A stretch of 63,905 nt of DNA, filler included, from Octopus bimaculoides (GCF_001194135.2; 4 parts of 3 records of this genome joined end to end with filler, not necessarily neighbours in it); one strand, 5' to 3'. Counted from the whole stretch's first letter, positions 9,617-23,461 are shown. The notes: a model not told the origin generated them from the letters alone. Made by a program: numbers and translations.

Positions 9617-12600
9617 TATATTTTATCAAATTATGATGCTCTTTTGCAAATCACTGCGTAACAGCTCCATCATTGCCAATAGATCTAAATGTCCCTGATT
9701 CAATGCCGGGATTTCGCAGGTCGATGAGGTTCTCCTTTGTTTTCGAAATCTATGGATCTTGAGCATGCTTTTATTGCATGTGTATGCTTCGTTAGGCATT
9801 TGATGGAACTTTTACGAGCACTTTCAGAGGCATTTGCTCTTACTAATTTTAAAACTCCTATTTTATAGAGCTTTTGGACCATCCTCCACCCCCAACCGCC
9901 TTAATTCATAATTGTCAAAATAGATACCGCTCTATGTTTTAACGCTACTGCTGGCATTGTCCATCCCTTCGCATTGTACTTATTTACATGTTTTTTTTTT
10001 TTTATATACAATGTCCCAAGCGGCTTTGGGCCACTTACAACATATACTACTTTTCCACATTTATTTATTTATTAATGCCAACCCGTATAACGTTCTTAAT
10101 AGCTTGCTCTTTGTTTTTAAATCTAACTGACCAATTATATCGAACGCTGAACCTTGGTCAATCTCATTACGGGCAATAGGTGGTTGGACTTTACAACATA
10201 TCAGTAAGTAAATAATTTAAATTAATTGTTGAGCACTTTATTATGATTAACCATTAATTAGTACTATAAACATAAATATTAAGAACTATTATGATTACTT
10301 CAAAACGTTATAGCACTCTCACTCCCTCTTTGTCTAAACTTATTGGCGTATCCCGTTATTGTAATTTTTTAATTTTTACTTTCTTATTACTTATTCACCC
10401 TATTACCGCCATAAAATAATTAACCCACTAATTACTATTTTAAGCTTAGTCATTTACTCAACGTCCCAAAGTGACATATAAGCAAAATGGTATGATTTAA
10501 ATATATCAAGCTTTCCTCTCGAGGCTCCTCTTCTTTTCTATTCTTTTCTTTTATGTATGTACTTTTCTTCACTCTGATGAAGCTTCGTGTTACAAATCGG
10601 ATGTATCACCAAATATGATGAATATTTTTTTTAGAATTTTCAGTGGCAATTGGAAGCAGAAACAGCTGTTAGATGGGATACAGTCTATTTGTATTGAATT
10701 AAAAAATAATAATCGATGTAAGTCAACTGTTGTTGATCAATATTTCTCCATTTTCTGTTTACTTCATAATACATACATATATATATATATAAAGGCCTGA
10801 TTATCATAATAATATGTTTGGATCTACATTGTAATATAACGTGGATTTCAATTTGCTCTTAGCTTACTTGTATATACTGTGCTCAATGAAGGAGCTTGTA
10901 TGTGGTCGTTCCATCCATAATAGCGACCAAATCTCTCTAAAATTAAACCCTGATACGTAAAAAGGATGGACATGGTGGATAGTACAGTCCTAAATGAAGT
11001 GTGTTTGCAAAAAAAACATTTGATAGTCGCTGTTTGAATGTATTTGATCCTAGTGCATTAGATCAGGTCTGAGCAAGGCCAGCAGCAGTAGCAACAACAT
11101 CATCATCATCATTAGAAGCAGCAACAACAGCAACAACAACAATTACACAGACTACAGATTATGAAAGGAAATAGGTTAGTTTACTTATAGGCGAGTTAAC
11201 AATTTGAAATACGAACTTACCAGTAGTTTTAATGACTAAAATGCATATTTGGTAAGCAGATTTGTGCGTGAGTTGGAGCGTGCGTGCGCGTGTGTGCTGG
11301 AGCTGTTTATGTAACCAAACTCAATTAAAGGACGGAATGTAGAAATCTAAAATCATCAAATTCGCAAAAAATACTAGACTTCTCCGTATCTTTCCTGACT
11401 GTCGCACACCTATAATACTGCCAAAACTGTATCCTAAAATCTGAGGCTTCTTTTCTTGCAGGGTCTAACAATACCCAACTATTAACGTTTGTTGACCTTC
11501 TATAAGATGCTAATAACTCACACGCTACAGTACTGCTCACATATTTGAGATAGTGTAACAGCTACACAAAGATATTATATATATACAGTAAGCAAAGAAA
11601 AGTTTTTCTATTTGACAAGCAAACTTTTACTCAGCCCGACCCCAACAACACTAAAAATAGTAATAGTCAGTAATGATCAGTATCACCTCACTGTTTCTTT
11701 TATTATCCCTACAACTGTTCTTTGGCTTTTGAACTATCTAGTTTTGTACCATATTGCAGAAGTCACGTGATTAATATATGTATTTGCAAGATTCTCGATG
11801 TGAAATCGTGTGTTGAAGCAGACAATTATATTTGGGAATGGTCATATTTTTGCACTGTATATTTGGTCTTCACGTCAGTGACTATAACAGAACAAGAGGA
11901 GACACGTGGGATGGAGAGTCGTTGAAGAGGTCACAGGATGTATGACGAGAAATTTCAGACAAGTGACATTAAAATAAGAATAATAATAACGTTAAAGTGA
12001 GGACCAATTAATAGGCAAAAATATGATCGTCCCGAAATATAACAAACATGCGATTAATGTTTTACCCCTTCTTCTGTCTCTAATACTATTTTTGCTGGTT
12101 TAAACAGATGTAGAGTACGCGATGCTCATACCATTTTCAGTTCCTCGATGGTTGGTAGGTAGAAGGGGAAAATTATTATCTTTAGACGAGAAACCTGACC
12201 CTTACACTTACAACAAAAGTGAATTCTTCTAAAGACATCCACGAACTAGGTGGTGGTGTCAATCTGGGTAACGGATGAGGCATAAAGAGGTTATTATATA
12301 AGACTGCAACATAGTACTTTAACTGAAATGTGGTTTGATTAATCTCAGTTACAGAAGTTAATAGCACGGCTAATTATTAACAGTAAATTACAATTATGAA
12401 AAGCAATACGACAGGACATAGAATGTTAATTATATTGAAGTAGTGTTTTAGATGATAGCAATTTAAGATTGCTTACAGCAAAAGGATATTGAGCGTTCTT
12501 ACAGCGACTGCTTCTTTTTCTTTAATTACTGGGATTTCGGTCTTGAATAAAGGAGAGGGAGTAGTTCAACCACAGGATACCAAGTGTGATAGAATTGATG

Positions 12601-12762
12601 TTGTTGTTGTTGTTTTGCTCGAAACGAACTCTGATCAAACAAACCTATATTTAAAAAATGCATTACAGCAGTAGTTATTTTTTCTCAGGTAATTTATACT
12701 TAAATGACTTAATCCAATACATCTATTTTAAAATGAGTGTTGTTCACGTGAGATTTGGTTGA

Positions 12763-12993
12763 TATTTCTTATTTCTTTATTGCCCACAAGGAGCTAAACA
12801 TAGAGGGGACAAACAAGGACAGACAAAGGGATTAAGTCGATTACATCCAGCCCAGGGCGTGACTGGTACTTAATTTATCGACCCCGAAAGGATGAAAGGC
12901 AAAATCGACCTCGGCGGAATTTGAACTCAGAACGTAACAACAGACGAAATACCGTTAAGCATTTCGACCGGCGTGCTAACGTTTCTGCCAGCT
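12763..12993 (-). mobile_element. tRNA-derived SINE family A (central GTCGACTTTGCCTTTCATCCTTTCGGGGTCGAT domain)
   Basis: Reverse complement of the copies at 14691, 29580, 49686, 55709 and 61355. Confidence 0.9.
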
Positions 12994-14690
12994 TAGTTGG
13001 TATTTCTAGCAAGTTGAGCGACTATATATAGGTTTACTGGTTGACTCGAGCGTAAGTCAGTTTTTGTGTATGCTAGGTAACTAATAAAATTAGTAGAGCA
13101 ACAATATTAATAATATTTCTGGGGCTAAAACTACCTCACATCACGTCGAATATTCCAATGAAAGCAAAGGTTTGATTTTTTACGCCGAGATTTTCAACAA
13201 AGTAAGGTTGTTGGGTTTCCCTATATGGTAATCCACTGAATATTGTCGAACTGGTATCTTGACATTCACTATGAGGAAACTCTTCTTTGAAGCAATAATT
13301 TTTCAACTATGATCCATAAACTAATAAAGCTCTAATCCGTTAATTGAGTCCGATGTGATTACTTGCATCAAATATCGATTGATTGAAAGCTCCCGAAAAT
13401 TGATGAAGCTTCGTGAATAAAATCGAAATAATTGCATTCCTTAGCTTGCAATTACTAGAGGTGTCCAAAAGTAGTTCCTTGCTTCATCTTCATAAATTCA
13501 GTGTGATCTGGAGATCTTGTCTGCGCTGGACAAAGCCAAAATCCACCTTGACAAAACCAATTAACCATTCTACATTTCGGTATCGTTTTGTACATCAGAT
13601 TAACTTTACTCTTCTTTAATTCAGCATTATTCCTGACAAGAATTCCTCTTGAGTTTGCCTGTTGTAAATGGCTATCCATTTACTTTCGTAAAATCCCCAT
13701 AATATTGATAATTTATAAAATATAAAATATGAAAACTATATAATTTATATTAAAGTACTGAGTTGAAAACCAAAATCCTTAAATTCAACTCTATGAGATA
13801 ATCACAAGAGACCTTTACAATTTGTATGTTAATGCAAAAAGTCAAATTTAATTCTGTTTTTTTTTTCTCTATCATTATCTATTATTTTCTTTTCGTTTCT
13901 CTCAGTTTTCAGTGAGTGGTGTTCTGTTTTTTAATAAGCACACGTGTTTATCGTCTCGTAATATCTTCAAAGTAGTGTTTTATTGCGATACAGTATATAA
14001 AACTGTAAGACGTAGCCAACAAGCTGATGTTTTTTCATTGCTTGTAGAGGGTAATATGAGAATGTGCACTATTCTGCATATTTTTCTCTCTATTAAATAT
14101 CAGATTGATATATTTAAATAGTACTATACTGATATGTCTGACTTACAGCCGTACCCTTAGAAATTTAAGTTAAGAGTATTTAGTTTTGGTATTTGTATTC
14201 AAGTTATTTTTATGCGCAGATTAGGTCGATGACCCAGTTGAATTTCTTTGCTTCATCTTTTAAGCAGTAACAGTGGTGCCAGATAATTCTGTCTGCTCTA
14301 GATAGCTTTTGAATTAGAATTCCATGCCTCCTGCGAGTATTTGTCAACTTACTACTGCAGCGTCATAGGTTATTTACTGCGTTTATAGGATAACTATCAA
14401 ATAATTGCCAGTTAGTAATCTTATCTACTTGTAATCTATAGTAAGTCTAACATTCATTTTAATCTAAGCTGTTTGCTTGTCATCGATGAGAGTAACAGAT
14501 CAGCAAGCGCTTAGCTAAACATGTCGAAGGTTAGTCATGCAGGCTGAAGCCAAAACAAATACGCAGTTGTAAATATGCAAATAGAGAAGACAAATCTAGT
14601 TCTGGCTGCAATATTGTATTCAAAACAAAATATGATAGAGTTATACATGTTAAGCGTAAACACTGGTTGATATATTACGTTTCGACAGAA

Positions 14691-14910
14691 GGCGGCGAGC
14701 AGGCAGAATCGTTAGCACGCTGAGCAATAATGCTTGGCAGCATTTCGCCCGTCTTCACGTTCTGAGTTCAAATTTCCACGAGGTCGACTTTGCTTTTTTT
14801 TTTTATCTTCCCTGGGTCGATAAAATAAACACCAGTTGAGTCCTGGGGGTCGATGTAATCGACTTACCCCCTCTCCTGAAATTGCTGGCCTTATATCAAA
14901 ATTTGAAACC
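14691..14910 (+). mobile_element. SINE family A
   Basis: GGCGGCGAGC..GCAGAATCGTTAGCACG head, B box GAGTTCAAAT, conserved central domain. Confidence 0.88.
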
Positions 14911-15926
14911 GATATATTATGTTTCGATAGACTCGTCCGAGTCGGTAGAATGAACATTAATAATACAGAGTAGAGTAGTGTTATCCAAACTTTTATAAGG
15001 GATAACTGTCTTTCCATGAGCCCTTGCACAGCACTGGTACCTTGCAAAGTAATGAAGTATCTCAGATGTATTTGACAGACAAATAAAATTTAATAACTGT
15101 CTCAGTAAGTATTAAATGGAACACTGGTTTAGTACAGATGTACTGAATAAATATAATTATAAACAAGTATTCATAGATGAATATCGAATATGGTAATTAG
15201 GTTTTGGTAAGAGCATCCTCTTTGTTCTCCAGATCACAGAGGCAAGAGCTCTTTAATGACCCATACACAGTTCTCTTGTAGTGTTTAGATAACCTCTAAT
15301 TTAAGAATAGCCACTGAGATAAAGTAACACGAGACAGCGTAACATTGGAGGTGGATTAACACAAATGAATGTAGTATTACAAACATAATTCATTGGGTCA
15401 CTTATATTTAGTATACTAATACGTACATTATACATAGGAGGGAGTTGGTGTGTGCCTGTTTATGTCTGCGAGCATGTGTGTGCGGGGAGGCGTGCGGCTG
15501 CGTGACAGTGTCTGCGTCTGTGCTTCTATGCAATTAAAATTCATATTATACGAAAATAATATTACGCACACGCACTCACACACGCACGCACACACACGCA
15601 CACACACATACACACACACTATATATATTAAAATGTTTTAATATATGTACATATATGTACATAGAGATTATGTTGCTTGCAGTGTTTCTAGATATTTAAA
15701 TGCACACATCTTAATTAGCACGTATCGCAGATATCGTGCTCTATCGTAATATTAACTTTCCTATATCAACAAGATATTGCAATGTACATATTCAAGCATT
15801 TAGTCTATAATATATACTNNNNNNNNNNNNNNNNNNNNNNNNNNNNNNNNNNNNNNNNNNNNNNNNNNNNNNNNNNNNNNNNNNNNNNNNNNNNNNNNNN
15901 NNNNNNNNNNNNNNNNNNTATATATG

Positions 15927-15957
<31 letters not shown>

Positions 15958-16990
15958 ATATACATACACACATATATTTTTTCAAGCAGACATACATACA
16001 TACATGTATGTATGTATGTATGTATGTATGTATGTATGTATGTACGTGTACTTGAATCATTGAGAAATTTGAAAATAAATCTTTTTATGAAGCTGCTCAA
16101 ATGCAGCTGCTGATAAAATATATAATGTCTTCCACTGAATACATTACACATTTGAACAGCAGCTGCTTCAAAAGTATCATCAAAGTACCACCTCACATCG
16201 CAACATGATGTTGTTGTTAAAATAATACTCAATGCCTGTTTCTATTATTGAATATATTAATTACATAACAACATAAGAAATATTAGTGCAACATTCTCAT
16301 CAAAAATTCTACCAAGTATAGATACTACAAACAACGAAACCTGCTTTAGTTGTTTTCGAAAGAAAAAAAAACCCTCCATGTGCAGTAATAGAGGTCAGTT
16401 GCCCTGCAAATTCGAACATTTCTTCCAAAATCAATGAGAAGGAGAATATCTATTGACATACGCTTCGAAAATTACGGTATCTTTGCCATAATTATAGTAG
16501 TAAATTCACATTTGTATCAAAAACGGTTTTTGTGAACTTGGCTATGTTAGTAAATGATAAAATGACAATCTGAAAAAGCTGGGGTTTTAAGGTAAAGATA
16601 GAAACTGGCGATCACACACTTTACAAATACCATCTGTGACCAGAACGGTGAGTATATAAATTGTAGCGTTGAAGCTCTCACCAGGAGCTTACACACGCAC
16701 TCGTAGTATATATATATATATATATATATATNNNNNNNNNNNNNNNNNNNNNNNNNNNNNNNNNNNNNNNNNNNNNNNNNNNNNNNNNNNNNNNNNNNNN
16801 NNNNNNNNNNNNNNNNNNNNNNNNNNNNNNNNNNNNNNNNNNNNNNNNTATACGTGTATCACATATTTTACAGATATATATATATATATATATGTTGAAA
16901 ATATGTGGAAAACATAAAAAGTGGAAGAGAAATGCCTTCGTTTCACATACTTTAATATCTTTTTATAAAGAATTTTTTTCTTAATATAAG

Positions 16991-17432
16991 GCGTAGGAGT
17001 GGGTGTGTGGTAAGTAGCTTGCTCACTAACCACATGCTGACCAAAGCCTTATGAGTGGATTTGATAGACGGAAACTGAAAGAAGCCCGTCGTATATATGT
17101 ATATATATATATTTGTGTGTGTGTGTGTGTGTGTTTGTATGTCTGTGTTTGTTCCCCCCAACAACCGATGGTGGTGTGTTTACGTCCCCGTTCGGTAAAA
17201 GAACCGATAGTATAAATACTAGGCTTACAAAGAATAAGTCCGAAAACATAGAAAACGAACAACGAAAAAAACAAACATGCAACATAAAGAGCATACCCCT
17301 TGACTGTGGCCATGCTGAGCACCGCCATTAGTCGAGCAAATGGACCCCAGAACTTATTCTTTGTAAGCCTAGTATTTATTCTATCGGTTCTTTTGCCGAA
17401 CCTCTAAGTTACGGGGAAGTAAACACACCACC
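16991..17432. mobile_element. SINE family C (+) followed by an inverted 3' half of the same family (-)
   Basis: GTGTGGTAAGTAGCTTGC head; 17170-17240 is an inverted match to 17351-17432. Confidence 0.85.
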
Positions 17433-17479
17433 AAATAATAATTTAAATAGTTATGTTCTCCAGCTGTCAACATGTACAG

Positions 17480-17850
17480 CAGTGAGTTATTCTCTGCAGA
17501 ATTGTTTCCGGAATTTGGCGCGCCAGAGCTGAGGCATTTTGAAAAATAACCCCAATGTAATCGGTAGAACTGTATGCAAGTCTTATTTCATGAAGACAAT
17601 TCGTGTATAGTTCTGTAAATTATATTGATTCTAGAACGGTTGTACTGATGAGAACTCGGCTGTTGTTACGTGAGTAAAACGTTAATGTTCGAAACCCGCG
17701 GTACACAACTAATTATTTATTCTGTATATTCCTCATTTTATCTTGTTCTGGTGCTTTGCGAAGTTTTTTCTGAAGAACATTATTTTTCTTTGTGGTTGGG
17801 TCGTTGATGACCTCTTTCTAACATATTGGATGTCCACCTAGTGGTCATCC
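17480..17850 (+). mobile_element. PLE-type 3' terminal repeat fragment
   Basis: Remnant RAEA-/-LKNNP motif like a GIY-YIG C-terminus, followed by a hammerhead motif and ending at (TA)n. Confidence 0.5.
17639..17709 (+). ncRNA. Type-I hammerhead ribozyme with long stem II insert
   Basis: guugua-CUGAUGA-GAAC(31 nt)GUUC-GAAA-CC(cgc)G-GUA-cacaac. Stem I is 5 bp plus a core-proximal A.C mismatch. Confidence 0.7.
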
Positions 17851-17859
17851 CTCATACAC

Positions 17860-17939
<80 letters not shown>

Positions 17940-19797
17940 GTATATGCATGGCACCTTGAGCATGTCTCTTCTTCTATAGCCCCTGGTCGACCAAATCCTT
18001 GTGAGTGGGTTTGATAGACGTACACTGAAAAAGCTTATTGTGTGTGAGTGTGTGTGTGTGTGTCTGTGTGTGAGTGAGTGAGTGTGTGTATGTGTGCGTG
18101 TGTGTACAAAAGAAATAGTTCTGAATAAGTTACCTAGTTTATAATTGATGTACATGGATGGTGATTTACACGGCTATAAGTCGGAGTTCAATAACTTAAC
18201 ACATGTACCTAATCGATTATATGATCGTTTAAGTGAAAGAACGTTCGTCGCATTCGACTTGAAAGTTGGATCCTTGTTATTTGTCACTAAACGTAGCTCC
18301 CATTGAATGATCCATGTCACATGAAAAACACTATTTAAGTATAATGTTGCTACACAGAAGTTATGTGGATAACTCAGTCGAGTCGATATTAATTTTCGTT
18401 CGGGAGTGAGATAGTTTCTTGATTTGCCCTGAGATTATTTTCTGAACGAGTCGTTTGGGATCATAATAATAAGAATAATCGTCTGTGATGGTAATTGAAA
18501 ATCACATCTGTCTAACCCTTATCGAATACTGTAGGCTATTTCAATATTTGCAGTGTCTATGAGAAACATAACCTGTTTCTATGTAATCTACTGGAGTATA
18601 AATGTTTTAAATTATAATGGAGGAGTCATGCTTTTATCTCTAACTCTACGGGGTTATCGCCAACGACTTCAAGAGCTTTTGAATTCAGTTAAGTTCAGAA
18701 GCAGGATAAATTCCACTCCCCTGTCCTATTATATTTAATGAGGAAGGCGAACGGGGAAATGTATGAGGCAGGGGACTGAAATTTATCCTCTGGTCTTAAA
18801 GGGATTTAGAAGCTGATTACTCTGGGCCTTTAAGTTGTTAGCAGTCACCCCGTATTGTTCCATTGAGACCCTTCCCGTGTTGTAATTGTAGCTCTAAATA
18901 CCACAACTTTGGGAGAACAATGTCTTCTCAGAGGGCAAATTACAAGATATCTGAAATTGCTTGTGGAATGTTGGAATTGGGCCACTGGAGTTCTTAACGG
19001 ATATATGTGTATATCCCTCTGGATAATACCGTTTTCTCATTTGGTTTCCCCTTAAAAGTAATATTAAAGATCTAATGTAACATTTGGTCAATTAGTTTAG
19101 ATAACTTTAGAGAAAATAAGTCATTTTTAATCTTTTGCCTGTTCAAAGTGCTTTCATAAGCTTATCCTAAACGTCTATGCTTCAGACCTTTAGTTATCTC
19201 TATTTTCCTGAGCAATATAAAGCTTTCCTTTTATAAATTACAAGTTACACTGGCCGTTGAGAAAAATTGGGAGTGAATATCATATATGATGCACTGGACA
19301 CCATAGATATCTGCCCTGTGTATCACATGATACGCAGGACAAGCAAACTTTAATCCCAAATACTTAGATATGCCTACCGAATCTAACATTGAATCTAGCC
19401 ATGATTTTGTGTTCGTCTTGATAAAGGAAAGAATATTTGAACAAAAATAACAATTGAAGAAAATGGAAAGTTTGAGAAAATAGAGCTGAAAAAACAATGT
19501 TGGAAAATTTGTTCAAGGATATACGCGTATATATATATATATATATATAGTGAGGTGCCTCAATTTAAGTGCCAAATTCAACTGAATTTTAATTATATAT
19601 ATATGAGATGTTTTGGCATCCAGAAGACCCAAAAGGCAGGTAAGTGCTACGGAAGGACCGCTGTTAAACTCCCGGTTCAATAATAGCATGAGTGAGGAGT
19701 CTAAGGCAGGTCATGTGTGAGAGTTTATATGTTAAATAAAATAAGATAACAAGGCCAAGGCAGTTTGATATTCCTATGACATTAATAAATAGAAAGG

Positions 19798-19849
19798 TGG
19801 TCTTACAGCTGTTTCAGGGACATAAATGATACCCCATCATCAGAGACCA
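19798..19849 (-). ncRNA. Type-I hammerhead ribozyme with palindromic stem III
   Basis: uggucu-CUGAUGA-u-GGGG...UCCCU-GAAA-CAGCU-GUA-agacca. Perfect 6-bp stem I and stem III palindrome ACAGCUGU; predicted cleavage between 19804 and 19803. Confidence 0.8.
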
Positions 19850-20009
19850 GTTAAAAAAAGCTTCACTAGAAGAAATTATTCTGGAGAGGGAGAGATATGC
19901 AAGAAATTAGATATAATGCAGAAAGTATAAAAGAAAAATATGAAAATAAAAATACATGTTGGATTTTGAAGTAGAACATATAGTTTTATTTTCATGTTTT
20001 CCTTTTATA

Positions 20010-21215
20010 ACCCTCACTCTCTGCTTTTAACCCTGAACTTCGTAACCATTGATGCGTGTGTTTCTGGTCGACATCAGCTTGTTTGCTACGAGCCTCATAC
20101 TTGCCATGCAGAGGTTTCTGTTCCCATCTGCTAGCTAATTTTTCATGTGCTTTTGTCTTTGCAATTAATTTTCTTTTCTTTGCAGCCGCAGTTGGCGCAT
20201 TTCCTTCAACCTGATCAATCTGGTAGGTATCTAAGAGATCAGTAGCGAATTTTTTGCTCTCTTTTAGAACAGAGTGAAGTCTTTTCGGTCTTTCATGTTT
20301 TTCAACAAGTTTTAGCATCCAATCGTGGGTTGTTTCAAGGTATTTGGCCAGTCCGATTGTGGTGGTTTTGTACGTAAGTTCAAGCTGGATCAAGCCTCGA
20401 CCTCCCTGAGCTCTGGGAAGGTAAAGTCGATCCACGTCTGCCTTTGGATGGTGCATCTTATAACAAGTCAGTAGCTTACGGATTTTTTCTATCAAATTTC
20501 GTTATTTCACTGGTATTTCAATTAAGCACATTGAAGCTATAAAGAACAACTGGGACTGCTAAGGAATTTATGGCTAACACCTTACTATATACATTCAGCT
20601 AAGACTGCTCGAACTCTTCTATAACATTCCTTCCTAACCTTCTCTTTCATGCTTGCATGCTGGCTGGATACCAGAACCTTCATTTATTCCTCGGTATTTA
20701 TAGGTTTGTTCCTACTCAAGTTCCTTTATTACTGTTTCGACATCTAATTCGATTGAACTTGACTTTACCAGTTTCCCTTTCTTAAAAGTGGCTTTGGCAC
20801 GCTTTTCAAGGCCAAATTCCATCCCGATATCATCACTGAATCCTTTCACAATATGTAGTAGTCTTTCAAGCTCTTCATCATCTTTGCCATATAGTTTTAA
20901 ATCATCCATATAAAATAGATGGCTTATTTTCCTGTTGTCAATTTTGTAGCCATAACCCTGTTCTATTCAGTTCACTTGAGAGTGGTATTAGTGCTATGCA
21001 GAAAATTAGTGGTGAAAGTGAGTCACCTTGGAAAATGCCACAGTTTATGCTAATATTGTTTGATCGCAATACTCCATTAGAATGATATAAGTGGAGCTTT
21101 GTGTTCCTTAGTGACATATTATACTTTAAAAAATCTGAAATCACAGGAGAAATTTTGAAAATGTCCAGCGATTTCAGAATCCACGAATGTGGTATGCTGT
21201 CAAAGGCTTTTTTTA
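20010..21215 (-). mobile_element. R4/Dong-clade LINE reverse-transcriptase fragment (frameshifted pseudogene)
   Basis: Motifs KKAFDSIPHSWI, GIFQGDSLSPLIFCIAL, FYMDDLKLYGK, LYLPRAQGGRGL and KPLHGKY. Adjacent to (TAA)n at 21308-21411. Confidence 0.9.
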
Positions 21216-21307
21216 TAATCAATCCATGAAGAGCTGAAATTTCTGCGCTTGTTATGGCAGTTCTCAAGGATCATGCAATTAAGTAGCTGATCTTTCTCTT
21301 CTCTTCT

Positions 21308-21317
21308 ATTATTATTA

Positions 21318-21411
<94 letters not shown>
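21308..21411. repeat. (TAA)n microsatellite
   Basis: Direct reading. Confidence 0.98.
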
Positions 21412-21415
<4 letters not shown>

Positions 21416-21434
21416 TAGTTTTATTTTTATAATG

Positions 21435-21534
21435 NNNNNNNNNNNNNNNNNNNNNNNNNNNNNNNNNNNNNNNNNNNNTTAATTAATTAANNNNNNNNNN
21501 NNNNNNNNNNNNNNNNNNNNNNNNNNNNNNNNNN
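21435..21534. other. Artificial scaffold spacer 44N-TTAATTAATTAA-44N (also 36531-36630 and 45228-45327)
   Basis: Identical 100-bp geometry three times; the 12-mer gives stop codons in all six frames. Confidence 0.95.
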
Positions 21535-21894
21535 ATATATATATATATATAGCTTCCTTCAAGGTAGAGCTAGAAATGCAATTGTCAAGTAAGAGGTTTT
21601 AAACAGGAGCGATATATTCAAAATTGGTAAAACTAAAAATTGTCAAGGATAAATTAAATTTATTATCGTTAATTTCTGAACGGTTTTGCTGCCGTTTGTT
21701 TATGTAGTTTAATTTCTTTATCCACTAGTTTCTACTAAGATAGAGACGCGAGTAAAATTAATAATAGAGAAACGAAAATTAAACTTTAGAAACAGCAACG
21801 CTGCCATTACTTACGTAGAAACCATGAGCGTGCTTTCAATAGAAAGACTTGAAAGTCAACGTAAGATCGTAATACTTCATGTAAAATAAAGTAA

Positions 21895-22068
21895 ATAAAA
21901 CAAATAATCCAGAATCCTTGTCCGGTACCGGATCGATCCCAAAATCTAATCAGTTTGTACCAGTCACGAGGCCAAACATCCCTGAAAGTTTCATCCGAAT
22001 CCATCCAGCGGTTCTTGAGATATCTTGTGCACAGACAAACAAACAAACACGACTGAAAACAATACCTA
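21895..22068. mobile_element. Partial copy of the Helentron-type element at 9132-9516
   Basis: Near-identical internal block AATCCAGAATC...GATCGATCCCAAAATCTAATCAG...CTGAAAACAATAC. Confidence 0.8.
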
Positions 22069-23175
22069 ATATATAATAATTTCTAAATTTAGCAAAAAAT
22101 AAAACATTTTGAGATACACAATTTCATTCCAGTATTTAACTGATACTTATTTTATCGACCTTGTTTGGAATAAAGGGCAAAGTTGTAGACACTGAGGTAT
22201 AAGCGTAGTATTGTGAGAGATTGTTATATCGATTATTTTTATTTATAACATAAGACGTAAGTTAACATTTTTAGCAAAAAAGTATTGTCCGTTGAAGAGG
22301 CAATCAAGATTACCTTTCTTGAAACCAAGACAGATACTTGAATTTTACGTATGTATACAATTATGTATGCATGTCACTTTGTAAAGCTGTATGGTCTGAA
22401 ATTATAAAAAAAATAAAACTAACAATATCCCGTATTTTCTCATGCATGGATAATACTTCTCTATTTCTAATTCAAAATTAGCCAAAATACACTTACTATT
22501 ATATTCATATACCCATACACTCGCAGACACACACTCACATATGCACATACACGCAAACACGCGCAGTCACACAAACACATACATATATATGTATATATAC
22601 ATACATACATACCTACTTACCAACCTACATACATACATACATGCATACATACATACCTACTTACCTACCTACCAACCTACCTACATACATACATATGTTC
22701 ATACATACATACATACATACATATGTTCATACAGACACGCATGCATGCACACGCTCACTCACAAAAACATAATTCAAAGTTGAAAGAATTCAACAGGAAA
22801 TAGTTATATTGGTTCTTATTTGTCTGTTATAACTTTGCATTTCATTTACTCAATACATCTCTTATGAATATATTTTATAAAAATAGCATCTTGTTTTATG
22901 CTATGGAAAACTTATAAGACAAACAGACAATCTTTCTAATGCGTGTCAGTAAACATCGGTATTGTCTTTGACTTTTACTCTCTCTCTCTCTCCTTCTCCT
23001 GAATCTCTCTTTCACCAAATCTCCCTATGTGCGTGTGTCTCTGTCTCTGTCTCTCCCTCTCCCTCTCTCTCTCTTAATCTCTCCTGTATGTCCAAGTCAC
23101 TTCAGTTTTTACGTCTTATCCCATCAATAACGTAAATGAACACAAAGTGTTTGTTTATAAAACAAAATAACATTT

Positions 23176-23188
23176 CATATATATATAC

Positions 23189-23231
<43 letters not shown>

Positions 23232-23461
23232 TGTGTGTATGCATGTATATATGTACGTATGTATATATATATTTGTATGTATGTGTATATATATATGTAT
23301 GTGTATATATATATGTATGTATGTATATATATATATGTATGTATGTATATATATGTATGTATGTATATATATATATGTATGTATATATATATGTATGTAT
23401 ATATATATATATATGTATGTATATATATATATGTATATATGTATGTATATATGTATATATG

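Noticed and set aside
11325-11540. Minus-strand 71-aa ORF as the missing prickle exon
   Set aside because: No similarity to PET or LIM sequence in the listed ORF.
21479-21490. TTAATTAATTAA islands inside N runs (also 36575-36586 and 45272-45283)
   Set aside because: Always 44N+12+44N = 100 bp with stops in six frames: an artificial contig spacer, not biology.
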